Position numbers and translations under genes: made by a program. Below are positions 1-9,358 of a DNA stretch of 64,000 nucleotides, one piece after another. Location: positions 1-64,000 of IMG/VR virus record IMGVR_UViG_3300028883_000032; one strand, given 5' to 3'. The stretch's first letter is position 1. Every line of letters starts with the position of its first letter. A model generated the notes under the pieces. The model made no database searches. It was not told the origin of the DNA and was given only the letters and a program-made list of their open reading frames with translations.

Positions 1-214
1 GGTTCCCCCCCCCCATCACCTCAGAGCACTCTACTTTACATGAATTTTTCAAAGGAGAGCGTCATGTCTAGAATTAAAGAGGCCATTAGCGGAATTATTG
101 AAGACATCGAACCAGATTTTGTTTTAATTGACGTTAGCCCAAAAGATCTTTGGGAAGAAATAGAGAACCGATTTTTTGAAGACAACTATGACCTATACTT
201 AGGAGATATAGCCG

Positions 215-763
215 ATGGGGAAGCCTGCTAAAAATCCAACAGTGCTATTCGATCAACATGGTTTTAGGGTAGCACAAAATCCCGAAAAACCCGCGGAAGT
301 GTATCACGACGGGGCGGATATATTAATTATTGCCCCGGTTACAACTGCTCGCGGGGAACCGCGCTTAATTGTGGAAAAAACAAAGAGACAGGCTTACACA
401 CATTGGGGAGTATACGAAGAATACTATACTCCAATATGGGATAATATTTATAATGATGCACTAACTACCGCAGAGGAAGCAATAGTTATTTTTGAAAGAA
501 TAACTGGAATTCGCTTAACGAGCTACAATGTTAACCCCTTTGCACAAAGTATCCCAATTTTTTGTGGAACTAATGTCAGGGTATCAGTTGTTGCCATAGA
601 TATAAATACTTGCAAGTTAGATAAAGGTAAAATAAGTGAAAACCTTGAATTTCTAACTCGTGCAAAATACGTGGAAGCTATAAAAGATAACAGAGTTGAC
701 TTGTTATTGTTTTCATTGTATAATATAGCTACTAAACTTATTGAGACTAAAACAAAAAAATAG
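215..763 (+). CDS. hypothetical protein
   Basis: 182-aa ORF overlapping the upstream 63-aa ORF; no recognisable motif. Confidence 0.6.
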   Translation: MGKPAKNPTVLFDQHGFRVAQNPEKPAEVYHDGADILIIAPVTTARGEPRLIVEKTKRQAYTHWGVYEEYYTPIWDNIYNDALTTAEEAIVIFERITGIRLTSYNVNPFAQSIPIFCGTNVRVSVVAIDINTCKLDKGKISENLEFLTRAKYVEAIKDNRVDLLLFSLYNIATKLIETKTKK

Positions 764-769
764 TTAAGG

Positions 770-845
770 GCTCTTGTAGCTCAATTGGTAGAGCAACGCA
801 CTTGTAATGCGTAGGTTTGGGGTTCGACTCCCTACAGGAGCTCCA
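770..845 (+). tRNA. tRNA-Thr(UGU)
   Basis: Cloverleaf GCTCTTG..CAGGAGC, anticodon loop CT-TGT-AA, T-loop TTCGACT, encoded CCA. Confidence 0.95.
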
Positions 846-870
846 CGGAGTTAACGTTAACGGAGATAAT

Positions 871-2316
871 ATGAAAAGAAGACGCGGGAACATCATGATC
901 AATGCGTTGATCATTACGTTCTTCCTTGTGATGACCGGAACCGCATACATGATGTGGGCCGTTGGTGAAAATCATCAGGGGAGGATGGATTTAGCGAGAA
1001 CTCAAGCATACTATGTTGCACAGTATGGGGTTTTGAATAGAGGGCTAACCGAGTTAAGAACTCGTCAGATTGAAACTTTGCCCCCTGATAGGGAACACCT
1101 ACCGTCAGGTAAATTTTATTCAGGCCGCCAAGATGAATTAGGGGTATATACGGACACCTATATTGAGCGTGTGAGCGGCATTGATCAAGATATTTATATG
1201 CAGCAATTAGAATATAAAGTATGGTCTACAGGGCACGTTGAATTAAAAGACCAAGGTATGGTTCGAGATGTGACAAGAACTATAAATATGGTTTTTAGAC
1301 TTAGGTCCTATTCTGCATATATGTACCTTACCAATTATGAAATGACCATGTTTGATGAGATCATTTGGTTTTATACAGACGACACTTTACATGGAAGAGT
1401 TCATAGTAACTCCCAAATAGGAATAAAACAGAGACCGGTATTTTATGGACCGGTAAGTACATGTGCCGACGACTTTATACATGGGCCAGGATATAATCCT
1501 TATTTTGCCCACGAGCCACAATTCAATGCACAAAAAGTATTTTTCCCAACAACTGCCGAAAAAATACGGACTGGAGCAAGCTCTGGGGGATGTTTTTTCG
1601 ATAATGACAACGGGAGACTTCAATCAAGACTAACTGGACAAAACGGAGCTTGGGTTTTAGAGCAATGGACTCAAGGAACCCCATATAATGAACAGCACAT
1701 CGCAGTTTTTCAAACCATTGGAATGCCCGCTAATATATTTATAGAGGGCGATGTCGAACTAAGTGGTACCGTGACAGGAATTCAGACGATAGGTTGCTCT
1801 GGAGATCTGAGATTAATTGACAATATCTATTATGCTGACGTATCTCCCAACAATCCAGGTGGTTCTGATCGCTGGTTAAGTTATAACGGCTCTTCGCATC
1901 TACTAGGTTTAATCAGTGAGCAACGTATAGTCATCCAAGATACCAATGAAAATGGTCACGGTAATAGTATGAACGGTTCAGATATTACTATTACCGCCGC
2001 ACTTGTAGCACTGGGCGAATCCTTCACTTTTCAGCACCAGAATGACGAATGGGATACTTACCAATGGTGTGCCGATGGAATAAACGGCCAAGACGAACGT
2101 GGTGACATAAGATTAAGAGGTTCTGTTACACAGGTGCGTCGTGGATATGTCCATCGCTCTAATTGTGGTGGTACCGGGTATTGGAAAGACTATCTTTACG
2201 ATAGACGATTAGACAGAACTCCTCCCCCGTGCTACTTAGACGCGGTTGATGAGGAGGGATATGCTTTGTTTGATCCCATTTATTGGGCTGAAGATGCCTC
2301 ATTCATAGTAAACTAA
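871..2316 (+). CDS. PilX-like minor pilin / pilus assembly protein (DUF4900-like C-terminal region)
   Basis: Start moved to ATG 871 after GGAG (817 lies inside the tRNA); N-terminus MKRRRG/NIMINALIITFFLV then hydrophobic helix and QAYYVAQYG, typical of PilX N-terminal domains; GRVHSN and GYWKDYLYDRRL motifs. Confidence 0.7.
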   Translation: MKRRRGNIMINALIITFFLVMTGTAYMMWAVGENHQGRMDLARTQAYYVAQYGVLNRGLTELRTRQIETLPPDREHLPSGKFYSGRQDELGVYTDTYIERVSGIDQDIYMQQLEYKVWSTGHVELKDQGMVRDVTRTINMVFRLRSYSAYMYLTNYEMTMFDEIIWFYTDDTLHGRVHSNSQIGIKQRPVFYGPVSTCADDFIHGPGYNPYFAHEPQFNAQKVFFPTTAEKIRTGASSGGCFFDNDNGRLQSRLTGQNGAWVLEQWTQGTPYNEQHIAVFQTIGMPANIFIEGDVELSGTVTGIQTIGCSGDLRLIDNIYYADVSPNNPGGSDRWLSYNGSSHLLGLISEQRIVIQDTNENGHGNSMNGSDITITAALVALGESFTFQHQNDEWDTYQWCADGINGQDERGDIRLRGSVTQVRRGYVHRSNCGGTGYWKDYLYDRRLDRTPPPCYLDAVDEEGYALFDPIYWAEDASFIVN

Positions 2317-2982
2317 ACATTTCCACGGGGTATAAAGATGACACCAAAATCGGACACACTCGATAAATTACAAGAATGGTATGACCAACTTATACCAACG
2401 GAAAAAGTTGGCTTCTACATTGTATCTTTTTTTATAATGGCAATTGCAGTAATGATGTGCATCAGTTTCGTGGCCTTGCTAATCCAACTTCCTAAAGTAG
2501 TAATATCAATAACTATACTACTTATAATACATCGTGTGTTATTTAGGTGGTTATTCAAAGGGGGGTTAAAAAAGAGAATACAAAAGGATTAAATTGTTAT
2601 TCTCTACAGGAAGGAAATAGTGATAAAATGAAACCGACAAAAAGAACACCTGTTTTACAAAACTTTCTTGAAACTTTGGGTTCTACTATTTATGGAAGAA
2701 GTTTACAAGAAAGTATAAAAAAGAGGATTTGCGTAGCGTGCGGAAAACCGGCATTAACTTTCGTAGATGCAAAATCGAAAGAAGAGTATTATATTAGTGG
2801 TTTTTGCCAAAAATGCCAAGATAGGACTTTTACGGACTTACAAACACTTTTAATTGGTTCAGCATGAAAGGACAAAGGACATGAAACACACATAGGTATT
2901 TTACCTAATTCCTCCTTAACCATTCAATTAATTTAATTAGTTCCATGAATGTTACATTAAATTTAATTGAAAGGTTATAAAA

Positions 2983-3264
2983 ATGAATGTAGTGCGTTTT
3001 AACGATATTAAGGAATTCAAACAATTCCTTAAAGACCTGGTTGTAGAAATCAGGCAAGAGAAAAAAGACCATGGGTATTCCGAAAGAAAGCACCGACTTT
3101 CTTGGAAGTACCGGCACTATCACATTGCGTATTGTCTGCTTCGCGGTAGAGAGTATGTAGAAATTGAACAAATAGTACAGGAAGGCAATGAACCCAATAT
3201 GCTATTTGTTCGGAATATAATGGATTCATTTCACAATGAAACGCTTATACGTGATAGTGCGTGA
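2983..3264 (+). CDS. conserved phage hypothetical protein
   Basis: RHYHIAYCLLRGREY motif; overlaps the PTH2-like gene. Confidence 0.55.
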   Translation: MNVVRFNDIKEFKQFLKDLVVEIRQEKKDHGYSERKHRLSWKYRHYHIAYCLLRGREYVEIEQIVQEGNEPNMLFVRNIMDSFHNETLIRDSA

Positions 3265-3565
3265 GGACTTAAACTCACCAAATACTCACCAAACAGATGG
3301 TGGATTTAAAGCAGCCCAAGCATGCCACGCAGTTGCTGAATTGATTGGAAAATTCCAAACAGACAAGCGCTGGGATAAGTACATGATACTATTAGGTGTA
3401 CCTGATAAGGGGACGCTTTTAGATTGGGCAGACTTTAGATTACTTAAGAAAAAAGTTCATGAGTATGTTGTGTTTTATGAACCCGACATAGGAAATGAAC
3501 CTACTTCAATTGCATTTTTTGCTGAACCAAAAAAGATAAGGGGTTTAGAGCTTTTAAAGCTCTAA
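3236..3565 (+). CDS. peptidyl-tRNA hydrolase PTH2-like protein
   Basis: LYVIVREDL, G.KAAQACHAV and FYEPDIGNEPTSIA motifs. Confidence 0.75.
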   Translation: MKRLYVIVREDLNSPNTHQTDGGFKAAQACHAVAELIGKFQTDKRWDKYMILLGVPDKGTLLDWADFRLLKKKVHEYVVFYEPDIGNEPTSIAFFAEPKKIRGLELLKL

Positions 3566-3794
3566 CCCCTTTTCCCACTTAAAGGAAAAAAGACATGAAA
3601 GCACTACTGATATTGATTATCATTTGGGCATTACTGGCAGTACTTTCTTGGGTATTGAGAAAAGTATCCCAAGAACTTATCATGATCATAGGAATAAGAA
3701 CGGCATTTTTATGCCAAATTGCTGCTTACGTTTTATGGATAGTTTCACCCATGTATTTGGTATTTAAAGTACAACCTCAACAAATGCTGAAAAA

Positions 3795-4211
3795 ATGAAA
3801 ACAGAACATTTACAGCAATTACTTGTGTCCGGACAGTTTATAGGATCTCACATGTGCCTTGCCAAAGACATAGGATCAAACGGAAATCTCTTTGGGGGTA
3901 ACATGCTAGCTTGGGCAGACGAAATGGGTGCTATTTTTGCTAAAAAGTTTACTGGAGAACCAAAGCTCGTAACTGTTCAAATGGACGCGGTTGAATTCAC
4001 TGTTCCAGTACATGAAGGCGAAATAGTTGATTTCTATGCCGCTAACCCCAAACCCGGCCATACCAGTTTAACGTTCACTCTTGTTGTTGCCAAACCGAAC
4101 AATGCCGACGGGGTAAGACAAATTGTATTTACAACGCGATTTGTTTTCGTGGCTGTCGGCGATGATGGGCACTCCAAACCAATTGAAAGGTTTGCAGAAA
4201 AGCGCCCATAG
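3795..4211 (+). CDS. acyl-CoA thioesterase (hotdog fold)
   Basis: NGNLFGGNMLAWADE motif, VTVQMDAVEF, GHTS, FVFVAV; 3' end overlaps the tRNA. Confidence 0.85.
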   Translation: MKTEHLQQLLVSGQFIGSHMCLAKDIGSNGNLFGGNMLAWADEMGAIFAKKFTGEPKLVTVQMDAVEFTVPVHEGEIVDFYAANPKPGHTSLTFTLVVAKPNNADGVRQIVFTTRFVFVAVGDDGHSKPIERFAEKRP

Positions 4212-4274
4212 TTCAGTGGTTAGAACAGCGGACTCTAAATCCGTGTGTCCTCGGTTCAAGTCCGAGTGGGCGCA
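4202..4274 (+). tRNA. amber suppressor tRNA (CUA anticodon)
   Basis: GCGCCCA/TGGGCGC acceptor, anticodon stem GCGGA/TCCGT with loop CT-CTA-AA, T-loop TTCAAGT. Confidence 0.85.
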
Positions 4275-4287
4275 CAAAGGAGACCTA

Positions 4288-4692
4288 ATGGAAAACGTGA
4301 TTAAAGGCCTAATGCTTACTATCAGGTTTATTGTTGTATTTCTAAAAGTGTTCACAAAACACATCTTTGCTAGTGTGGTTATTCCCTTAGACATAGCTTT
4401 CAACAGACGGGGCATTTGGTTAGGAGAGATTTTTTGGTCCACGCTAAAAAATTTTAAAAACACATTAGGTTGTGAAGATGGGCCCTACCCCATAGTTAAC
4501 TCTCTGGCTGGTTTATTTAGCAGTATCATTGCAATACTCCTTGTTGTTGGGTTTCTTGGTTTATGGTATAGTGCACTAGCCTTTGTAGTATGCGTCGGTT
4601 TTAGCTTCCGAATACTACATTTTGTTGTTTTGTTTATAGCTGTTCACTCTATAATTGCAGCCCGCCGAGCAGTTAAAGGAGGCCAAAATTGA
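4288..4692 (+). CDS. hypothetical membrane protein
   Basis: ATG 4288 after AAGGAG; hydrophobic segments. Confidence 0.6.
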   Translation: MENVIKGLMLTIRFIVVFLKVFTKHIFASVVIPLDIAFNRRGIWLGEIFWSTLKNFKNTLGCEDGPYPIVNSLAGLFSSIIAILLVVGFLGLWYSALAFVVCVGFSFRILHFVVLFIAVHSIIAARRAVKGGQN

Positions 4693-5234
4693 AATTTGTT
4701 AAGTTAGCCGCACTAAACTTTATTGGACTGTTTCTAGTTTTCCTTTTTACCACCTTTACTTGGATTTTCAGAAAACTTGTTTGCAACGAAAATATAGGAA
4801 TAGCCGGCTTATTTAATGAAGCGGAAACGAGCACAGAAACATTAGATGAAACTGCTGAAGGGTTATTCCAAACATTTATAATACTAACTGTAGGTTTAAT
4901 CTACTTAGCAGCCATAGTGGGATACTATGCGGTAATCTTATACTTTCTAATAGCTTGGTATAATGTCACCATACCATTAATATTCGTGGCACTAGTGGCT
5001 GCAACGTTTACACTAAAAAGTTATTGGTATGATCCCAACGAGGCAGAAAACCATCAAGCCCAAGGCTCGGAGTCAAAAATGAAAAAACTCAAATACGAAG
5101 TTGTCCTTTTACAGACAGTTTGGGCACACGACCCCGACGACGCATGCTCACATCTGCTCTACGGCGATGACATCAAAATACTAGACATTAAAGATGTTAC
5201 TTTACTAGATGAGGCAAGATTTGAGGAGAGATAA
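4689..5234 (+). CDS. hypothetical membrane protein
   Basis: Several hydrophobic helices; overlaps neighbours at both ends. Confidence 0.55.
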   Translation: MKFVKLAALNFIGLFLVFLFTTFTWIFRKLVCNENIGIAGLFNEAETSTETLDETAEGLFQTFIILTVGLIYLAAIVGYYAVILYFLIAWYNVTIPLIFVALVAATFTLKSYWYDPNEAENHQAQGSESKMKKLKYEVVLLQTVWAHDPDDACSHLLYGDDIKILDIKDVTLLDEARFEER

Positions 5235-5680
5235 TGGATGCTTCTTTGGCGACTGCAAATAACCTTGTAAAGGCCTTAAGGATAGCTCTTGATGCCCATA
5301 AAGATCAAGTTGATAGGTTAGGCCATCCGTATATTCTCCACCCAATCAAAGTTATGACCATGGTCGGGGATGATAGGGTGCTGCAAATAATAGCACTACT
5401 ACACGACGTGGTGGAAGATAGCGATTGGACTCTTGAAGAATTAGGTTCTGAAGGATTTTGTGAACGTGTGATAAATGGTGTGGATTCTATGACCCGCAGA
5501 CATGGAGAAACTTATACTGAATTCATAGAGAGGAACAAGCATAATGAGGATGGAAGGAAAGTTAAGATAGAAGACATACGCCACAATTCCAGCTTCGAAA
5601 GATTGTCCCACTTACCTGTGGATGTTGCCACGCGGCTAGCAGTCAAATACGCAAAAGCCCTTATTATTTTAGGAAGATAG
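5234..5680 (+). CDS. HD-domain protein, (p)ppGpp hydrolase-like small RSH homologue
   Basis: AHKDQVDR.GHPYILHP, ALLHDVVEDS, VKIEDIRHN motifs. Confidence 0.85.
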   Translation: MDASLATANNLVKALRIALDAHKDQVDRLGHPYILHPIKVMTMVGDDRVLQIIALLHDVVEDSDWTLEELGSEGFCERVINGVDSMTRRHGETYTEFIERNKHNEDGRKVKIEDIRHNSSFERLSHLPVDVATRLAVKYAKALIILGR

Positions 5681-5787
5681 ACGTAGTCCCAGATAGTAGC
5701 TTTGTTACTATCTGGGTATTTTTATCCCAATGTAAGCATAACTTAATGGCATAAGAAAGAGTGAAGTTTAACCATGCGGAGGTAAGA

Positions 5788-7026
5788 ATGCTAAAGAAGA
5801 TTCTTGTTGTCATGTTGCTTTTGAGTACCACGGTGGTATTCGGGCAAAGTTTTGAGGAAGTATCTACCGTCAGTATGGACGGTAGAAAATCGGATGCATT
5901 CCTGGTTAATAATAGTATTTTGTGTTTCTCATGTAGAGACACGGTGTATTATTACGACACCGGGGACTTTTCCCGAATGGGAGAAGTGTACGTTGACGGT
6001 GAAGTTTCCTCGCTTGAGTATAATTGGATTTATACTTATGCGAGTACAAATCGAGGCTTTGTCATCATTGACTGTGAAGACGTCTTTGATGGCAGGGCGC
6101 CGTATAATCCACGTTTTGTGGATAGAGTAAATCTTGGTGGTATAACAAACCTCTCAGTAACAAGTCGTGATTCTCTCCACGTATATGCCTCCGGTGGTCC
6201 TAACGGGGTCTTTAGGATTAATATCCAACAAGATACTAATCCGTATGTTACGGACCATCTCAGTACGCCCGGCTACGCAAACGATCTTTGCGTAGTAGAC
6301 GGTTTCGTCTACACGGCCTGCTGGGGACCGATCCACAAGCACCGGTTGGCCACGGACTCTACATACGGGGTGTGGTCTATCGAAGGACAGAACGTCAAAC
6401 GTATTGGAGATTTGAACGACGGAGTCGGAGTATGGTGGGCGTCCGATTATCAAATCGGGGCCCTTGACATTTGGGGAAACTTAACAACTTGGAGGTATTA
6501 CCCAAACTCCAATGCTGTTAAGGATGTTTTCGCCAGTGACGGCTATACTGCAGTACTTGGCGATTCGGCCGAGTATTGGATATGGGGATCAGAAGAATTT
6601 GATGATCCCGATATAAACTGGAGCTACCCGGATGGAGAACATCCTAACCGGGTGGTTGTATGGAGGAATGAAGGTGAGATATTCTCTGCAGTATTAACAC
6701 AGGAGAATATACACTTCCTCCAGTTTGTGGAAGAAAACAAAGTTTCTGACAAGGGAGAACTCCCCCAGAAGTACGAGGTGAGTGTCTACCCGAACCCGTT
6801 CAACCCGACAACCTCCATCGGCTTCAGCCTTGCACGCCAGGGGCGTGTGACGCTCGCGGTGTACGATGTGCTGGGACGCCAGGTTGCCACACTGATCGAC
6901 CGTACGATGAACAACGGTCATCACACGGTATTCTTCGATGGAAGTAACCTCTCGGCAGGAGCTTACTTCTTAAAAATACGGACCAAGGACTCGGTGCATA
7001 CCCAAAAGCTTGTATTGTTGAAATAG
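5788..7026 (+). CDS. secreted beta-propeller-like (LVIVD-like) protein with T9SS type A C-terminal sorting domain
   Basis: Signal peptide MLKKILVVMLLLSTTVVFG after GGAGG; C-terminus YPNPFNPTTSIGFSL..AVYDVLGRQVATL..G.YF..TQKLVLLK. Confidence 0.8.
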   Translation: MLKKILVVMLLLSTTVVFGQSFEEVSTVSMDGRKSDAFLVNNSILCFSCRDTVYYYDTGDFSRMGEVYVDGEVSSLEYNWIYTYASTNRGFVIIDCEDVFDGRAPYNPRFVDRVNLGGITNLSVTSRDSLHVYASGGPNGVFRINIQQDTNPYVTDHLSTPGYANDLCVVDGFVYTACWGPIHKHRLATDSTYGVWSIEGQNVKRIGDLNDGVGVWWASDYQIGALDIWGNLTTWRYYPNSNAVKDVFASDGYTAVLGDSAEYWIWGSEEFDDPDINWSYPDGEHPNRVVVWRNEGEIFSAVLTQENIHFLQFVEENKVSDKGELPQKYEVSVYPNPFNPTTSIGFSLARQGRVTLAVYDVLGRQVATLIDRTMNNGHHTVFFDGSNLSAGAYFLKIRTKDSVHTQKLVLLK

Positions 7027-7044
7027 CCGAGTTTGGGTTTTATC

Positions 7045-7072
7045 AAGGAGGATCAGTTCGATCCTCCTTTTT
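7045..7072 (+). terminator. rho-independent terminator
   Basis: AAGGAGGATC-agttc-GATCCTCCTT followed by T run. Confidence 0.8.
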
Positions 7073-7081
7073 ACATTGGTA

Positions 7082-7110
7082 TTGATTTCTATTAAATAAA
7101 GTTGTATAAT
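7082..7110 (+). promoter_or_regulatory. sigma70-type promoter for tRNA-Leu cluster
   Basis: TTGATT-N17-TATAAT just upstream of tRNA-Leu(UAA). Confidence 0.7.
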
Positions 7111-7117
7111 ACAATAA

Positions 7118-7202
7118 GCCGGGGTGGTGGAATTGGCAGACACACGAGACTTAAAATCTCGTGGAGCTTAGCTCCGTGCGGGTTCAATTCCCGCCCTCGG
7201 TA
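7118..7202 (+). tRNA. tRNA-Leu(UAA)
   Basis: Cloverleaf with long variable arm, anticodon loop CT-TAA-AA. Confidence 0.95.
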
Positions 7203-7224
7203 CAACATTATAATTGGTGCGATT

Positions 7225-7599
7225 ATGGGTACAAGTAACTATGAATCGTTTCTTATAGAATGGCAGAAAAAACTCCGATTAATGGATTGGAATATAGCCC
7301 TTAATGTGTGCACTAAACGAGAAATTTCTGATTCAATGGCAACTGCCGAAGTTACCATATCCAATCACACCAAAGAAGCAATAATTGATCTACTAAATGA
7401 AAAAGATTTCAATGTTGGTGACTATGGGGGATTTCATTCCTTAATAGGAGAGAATAGGTGTAAATTTGACATACTCCACGAACTGGCAGAGATACGCTTA
7501 CAAGCTTGGGAACCACAAAACGATAGTGAACTTTTGCAAAAGGAACAAGCCTGTAATATGTTTGCGTGGGCACTTTTACATGCCACAAACCACAATTAA
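7225..7599 (+). CDS. hypothetical protein, possible zincin-like (HELxE)
   Basis: Start moved downstream of the tRNA; WQKKLRLMDWNI and ILHELAEI motifs. Confidence 0.5.
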   Translation: MGTSNYESFLIEWQKKLRLMDWNIALNVCTKREISDSMATAEVTISNHTKEAIIDLLNEKDFNVGDYGGFHSLIGENRCKFDILHELAEIRLQAWEPQNDSELLQKEQACNMFAWALLHATNHN

Positions 7600-7601
7600 C
7601 T

Positions 7602-7874
7602 ATGCCTCAAATTTATAGTAGTTACAAACTTAATAGTTTTACCAAAAGAGAGCTTATAGAGATAATACAAGAATGGCAATCAGAAGACAGGGCTCCTATT
7701 GATGAACCACAGGAAATCACCGAGGACATCATAAATTCAATATCAGAAATATTGGATAACTGGCGTAATCAGCTGGGTGCAGTCCGGGTTGCTGGAGTAG
7801 CGCCAAGGCCAGCCGAGTCAATCATGGCAACAACTAAACGTATAACCAAAGTAATAAAACATGGAATCAAATGA
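7602..7874 (+). CDS. hypothetical protein
   Basis: ATG 7602 preceded by AACCA at -14. Confidence 0.55.
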   Translation: MPQIYSSYKLNSFTKRELIEIIQEWQSEDRAPIDEPQEITEDIINSISEILDNWRNQLGAVRVAGVAPRPAESIMATTKRITKVIKHGIK

Positions 7875-8244
7875 AACTCGCGTTACTCCTTATAATGAGG
7901 ATAAATTTAAGGAATGGTGCAAAGTACTAGATGTTACAAAATTAGCTATTCAGGAAAAATTTCCTGATGAAGCTTATGCGCTCAACGTACATTTGGACCA
8001 AATAAAAGAATATTTGGAAGAAGTTATAAGTTCCCCAAATGATAGGGTAGTTGCTGCTAAAGATGGCTCTCTTGCAAGTTTATTATCTAATATAGGAATA
8101 TCGCAAGTAGAAAAAAAAGAAGAAGATCGCCCGCTAGACCCAAGATTCAAATTCTTACGTAATGCAAATAAAAACACGGATATTACAGAGGGCGCAGTTG
8201 TATATAACCCCCTAAAGCCGCATAAAGGGCTTAAAGGGTCATAA
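7861..8244 (+). CDS. hypothetical protein
   Basis: 127-aa ORF overlapping the previous gene. Confidence 0.6.
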   Translation: MESNETRVTPYNEDKFKEWCKVLDVTKLAIQEKFPDEAYALNVHLDQIKEYLEEVISSPNDRVVAAKDGSLASLLSNIGISQVEKKEEDRPLDPRFKFLRNANKNTDITEGAVVYNPLKPHKGLKGS

Positions 8245-8330
8245 ACCGGGATGGCGGAACTGGCATACGCGGGGGCCTCAAAAGCCCCTGTCTTTTTATA
8301 GGCGTGAGGGTTCAACCCCCTCTCCCGGTA
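8245..8330 (+). tRNA. tRNA-Leu(CAA)
   Basis: ACCGGGA/TCCCGGT acceptor, loop CT-CAA-AA, long variable arm. Confidence 0.93.
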
Positions 8331-8334
8331 CTTT

Positions 8335-8420
8335 GCCGGATTACCCGAATTGGCACAGGGGCTGGATTGAGATTCCAGTGGCCGACTTTGGTCGTATAGG
8401 TTCGAGTCCTATATCCGGTA
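8335..8420 (+). tRNA. tRNA-Leu(GAG)
   Basis: GCCGGAT/ATCCGGT acceptor, loop TT-GAG-AT, long variable arm. Confidence 0.9.
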
Positions 8421-8474
8421 CAATAAACCAATAAAAATTGGTAAAAGATTTGTAGAGCAAGTAACACAAAGTAT

Positions 8475-8780
8475 TTGTACACAGAAGACGATCAACAAAT
8501 AGTGTGTCGCAATAGTTAGCGAATCCTTAACGGCTGGATATAATGGACCAGCTGGGAGCGGCGAGTGGGTGACGAATCGGAAGTCCCACCAAATACTTAT
8601 TATGGCATAAGAAGATGAGATAGCTGACCGAAACCTCTTGGGATTCATGTGTACACTCCTACAACACGTGAAAGTAGGAAGCTGTCTTTTCAGAGATTTA
8701 TGCGAGGTCCATACTGATGTAGCCACCGTGTCAGTGTATCTTTGTGTAGATCGAGGAGTGTTATAGCTAACGGTGGCTTT
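8475..8780 (+). ncRNA. candidate structured ncRNA (unassigned)
   Basis: No + strand ORF; stems GAATCC/GGATTC, GCTGG/CCAGC, TCCTAC/GTAGGA, AGCCACCGT/ACGGTGGCT; shares TGGG..GTGGGTGA..CCCACC with RNAs at 35.6 and 37.7 kb. Confidence 0.45.
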
Positions 8781-8821
8781 GTTTTTTTGGCGGAGTGGCG
8801 GAATTGGCAGACGCGCTAGAC

Positions 8822-9358
8822 TTAACTCAAAGAATTTAGAATGTCATAAGCATTCTTTACTACATCACGAACTAGTGTTTTACCACCAGAGTAAACCCTT
8901 ACGATTGCGTTTTTTCTATTTACGTCCTTTTGAAATTTAGCGTTAGGGTAAATATCTAAGAAACCCTTAGCATCGCTTTTAGATTTTGCCAACACAACCA
9001 ATCTTATACTTTTGGCGCTATATACTTCAGTCAGCATTGAAGTTATTAAGTCTATTAAGTTTGGATCTTGGTTGCAAAATTGAAATATATTAGCTTTTTC
9101 TGTACGATACCCTTCACACAGATAAGCAATATGGCCTGCTATGCTAAGGTTAGTCTTTAATAAAGATTGATCCGGGTTTTGATGACTTACTCTGGGAAGA
9201 TAATTATATTCAGATGCACTACGCATAGAAATATTGTGAAATTTTAAATACTTACGAACTGTTTTGTGATCACATTTTAAAAGCATTCCAATTTCATAAG
9301 GATTTAATTTATCTTCTAAGTAGAGTTTTTCTAGTTCATGTTTAGTAAAATTCTTCAT
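8822..9358 (-). CDS. intron-encoded HTH + degenerate LAGLIDADG-like putative homing endonuclease
   Basis: 178 aa from MKNFTKHELEK; HTH (LYLEDKLNPYEIGMLLKCDHKTVRKYL) then IAYLCEG..FQFCNQDPNLI; antisense to the intron. Confidence 0.6.
   Translation of the reverse strand: MKNFTKHELEKLYLEDKLNPYEIGMLLKCDHKTVRKYLKFHNISMRSASEYNYLPRVSHQNPDQSLLKTNLSIAGHIAYLCEGYRTEKANIFQFCNQDPNLIDLITSMLTEVYSAKSIRLVVLAKSKSDAKGFLDIYPNAKFQKDVNRKNAIVRVYSGGKTLVRDVVKNAYDILNSLS

Noticed and set aside
817-870. ORF-track starts inside tRNA genes (817, 4123, 7102, 41185, 43592, 44159, 57106)
   Set aside because: The N-terminal extensions are translated tRNA or upstream-gene sequence; better starts with RBS or AACCA lie downstream
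8565-8600. RNase P RNA suggested by GGAAGTCC
   Set aside because: No full GAGGAAAGTCC motif and no matching 3' P4 strand found
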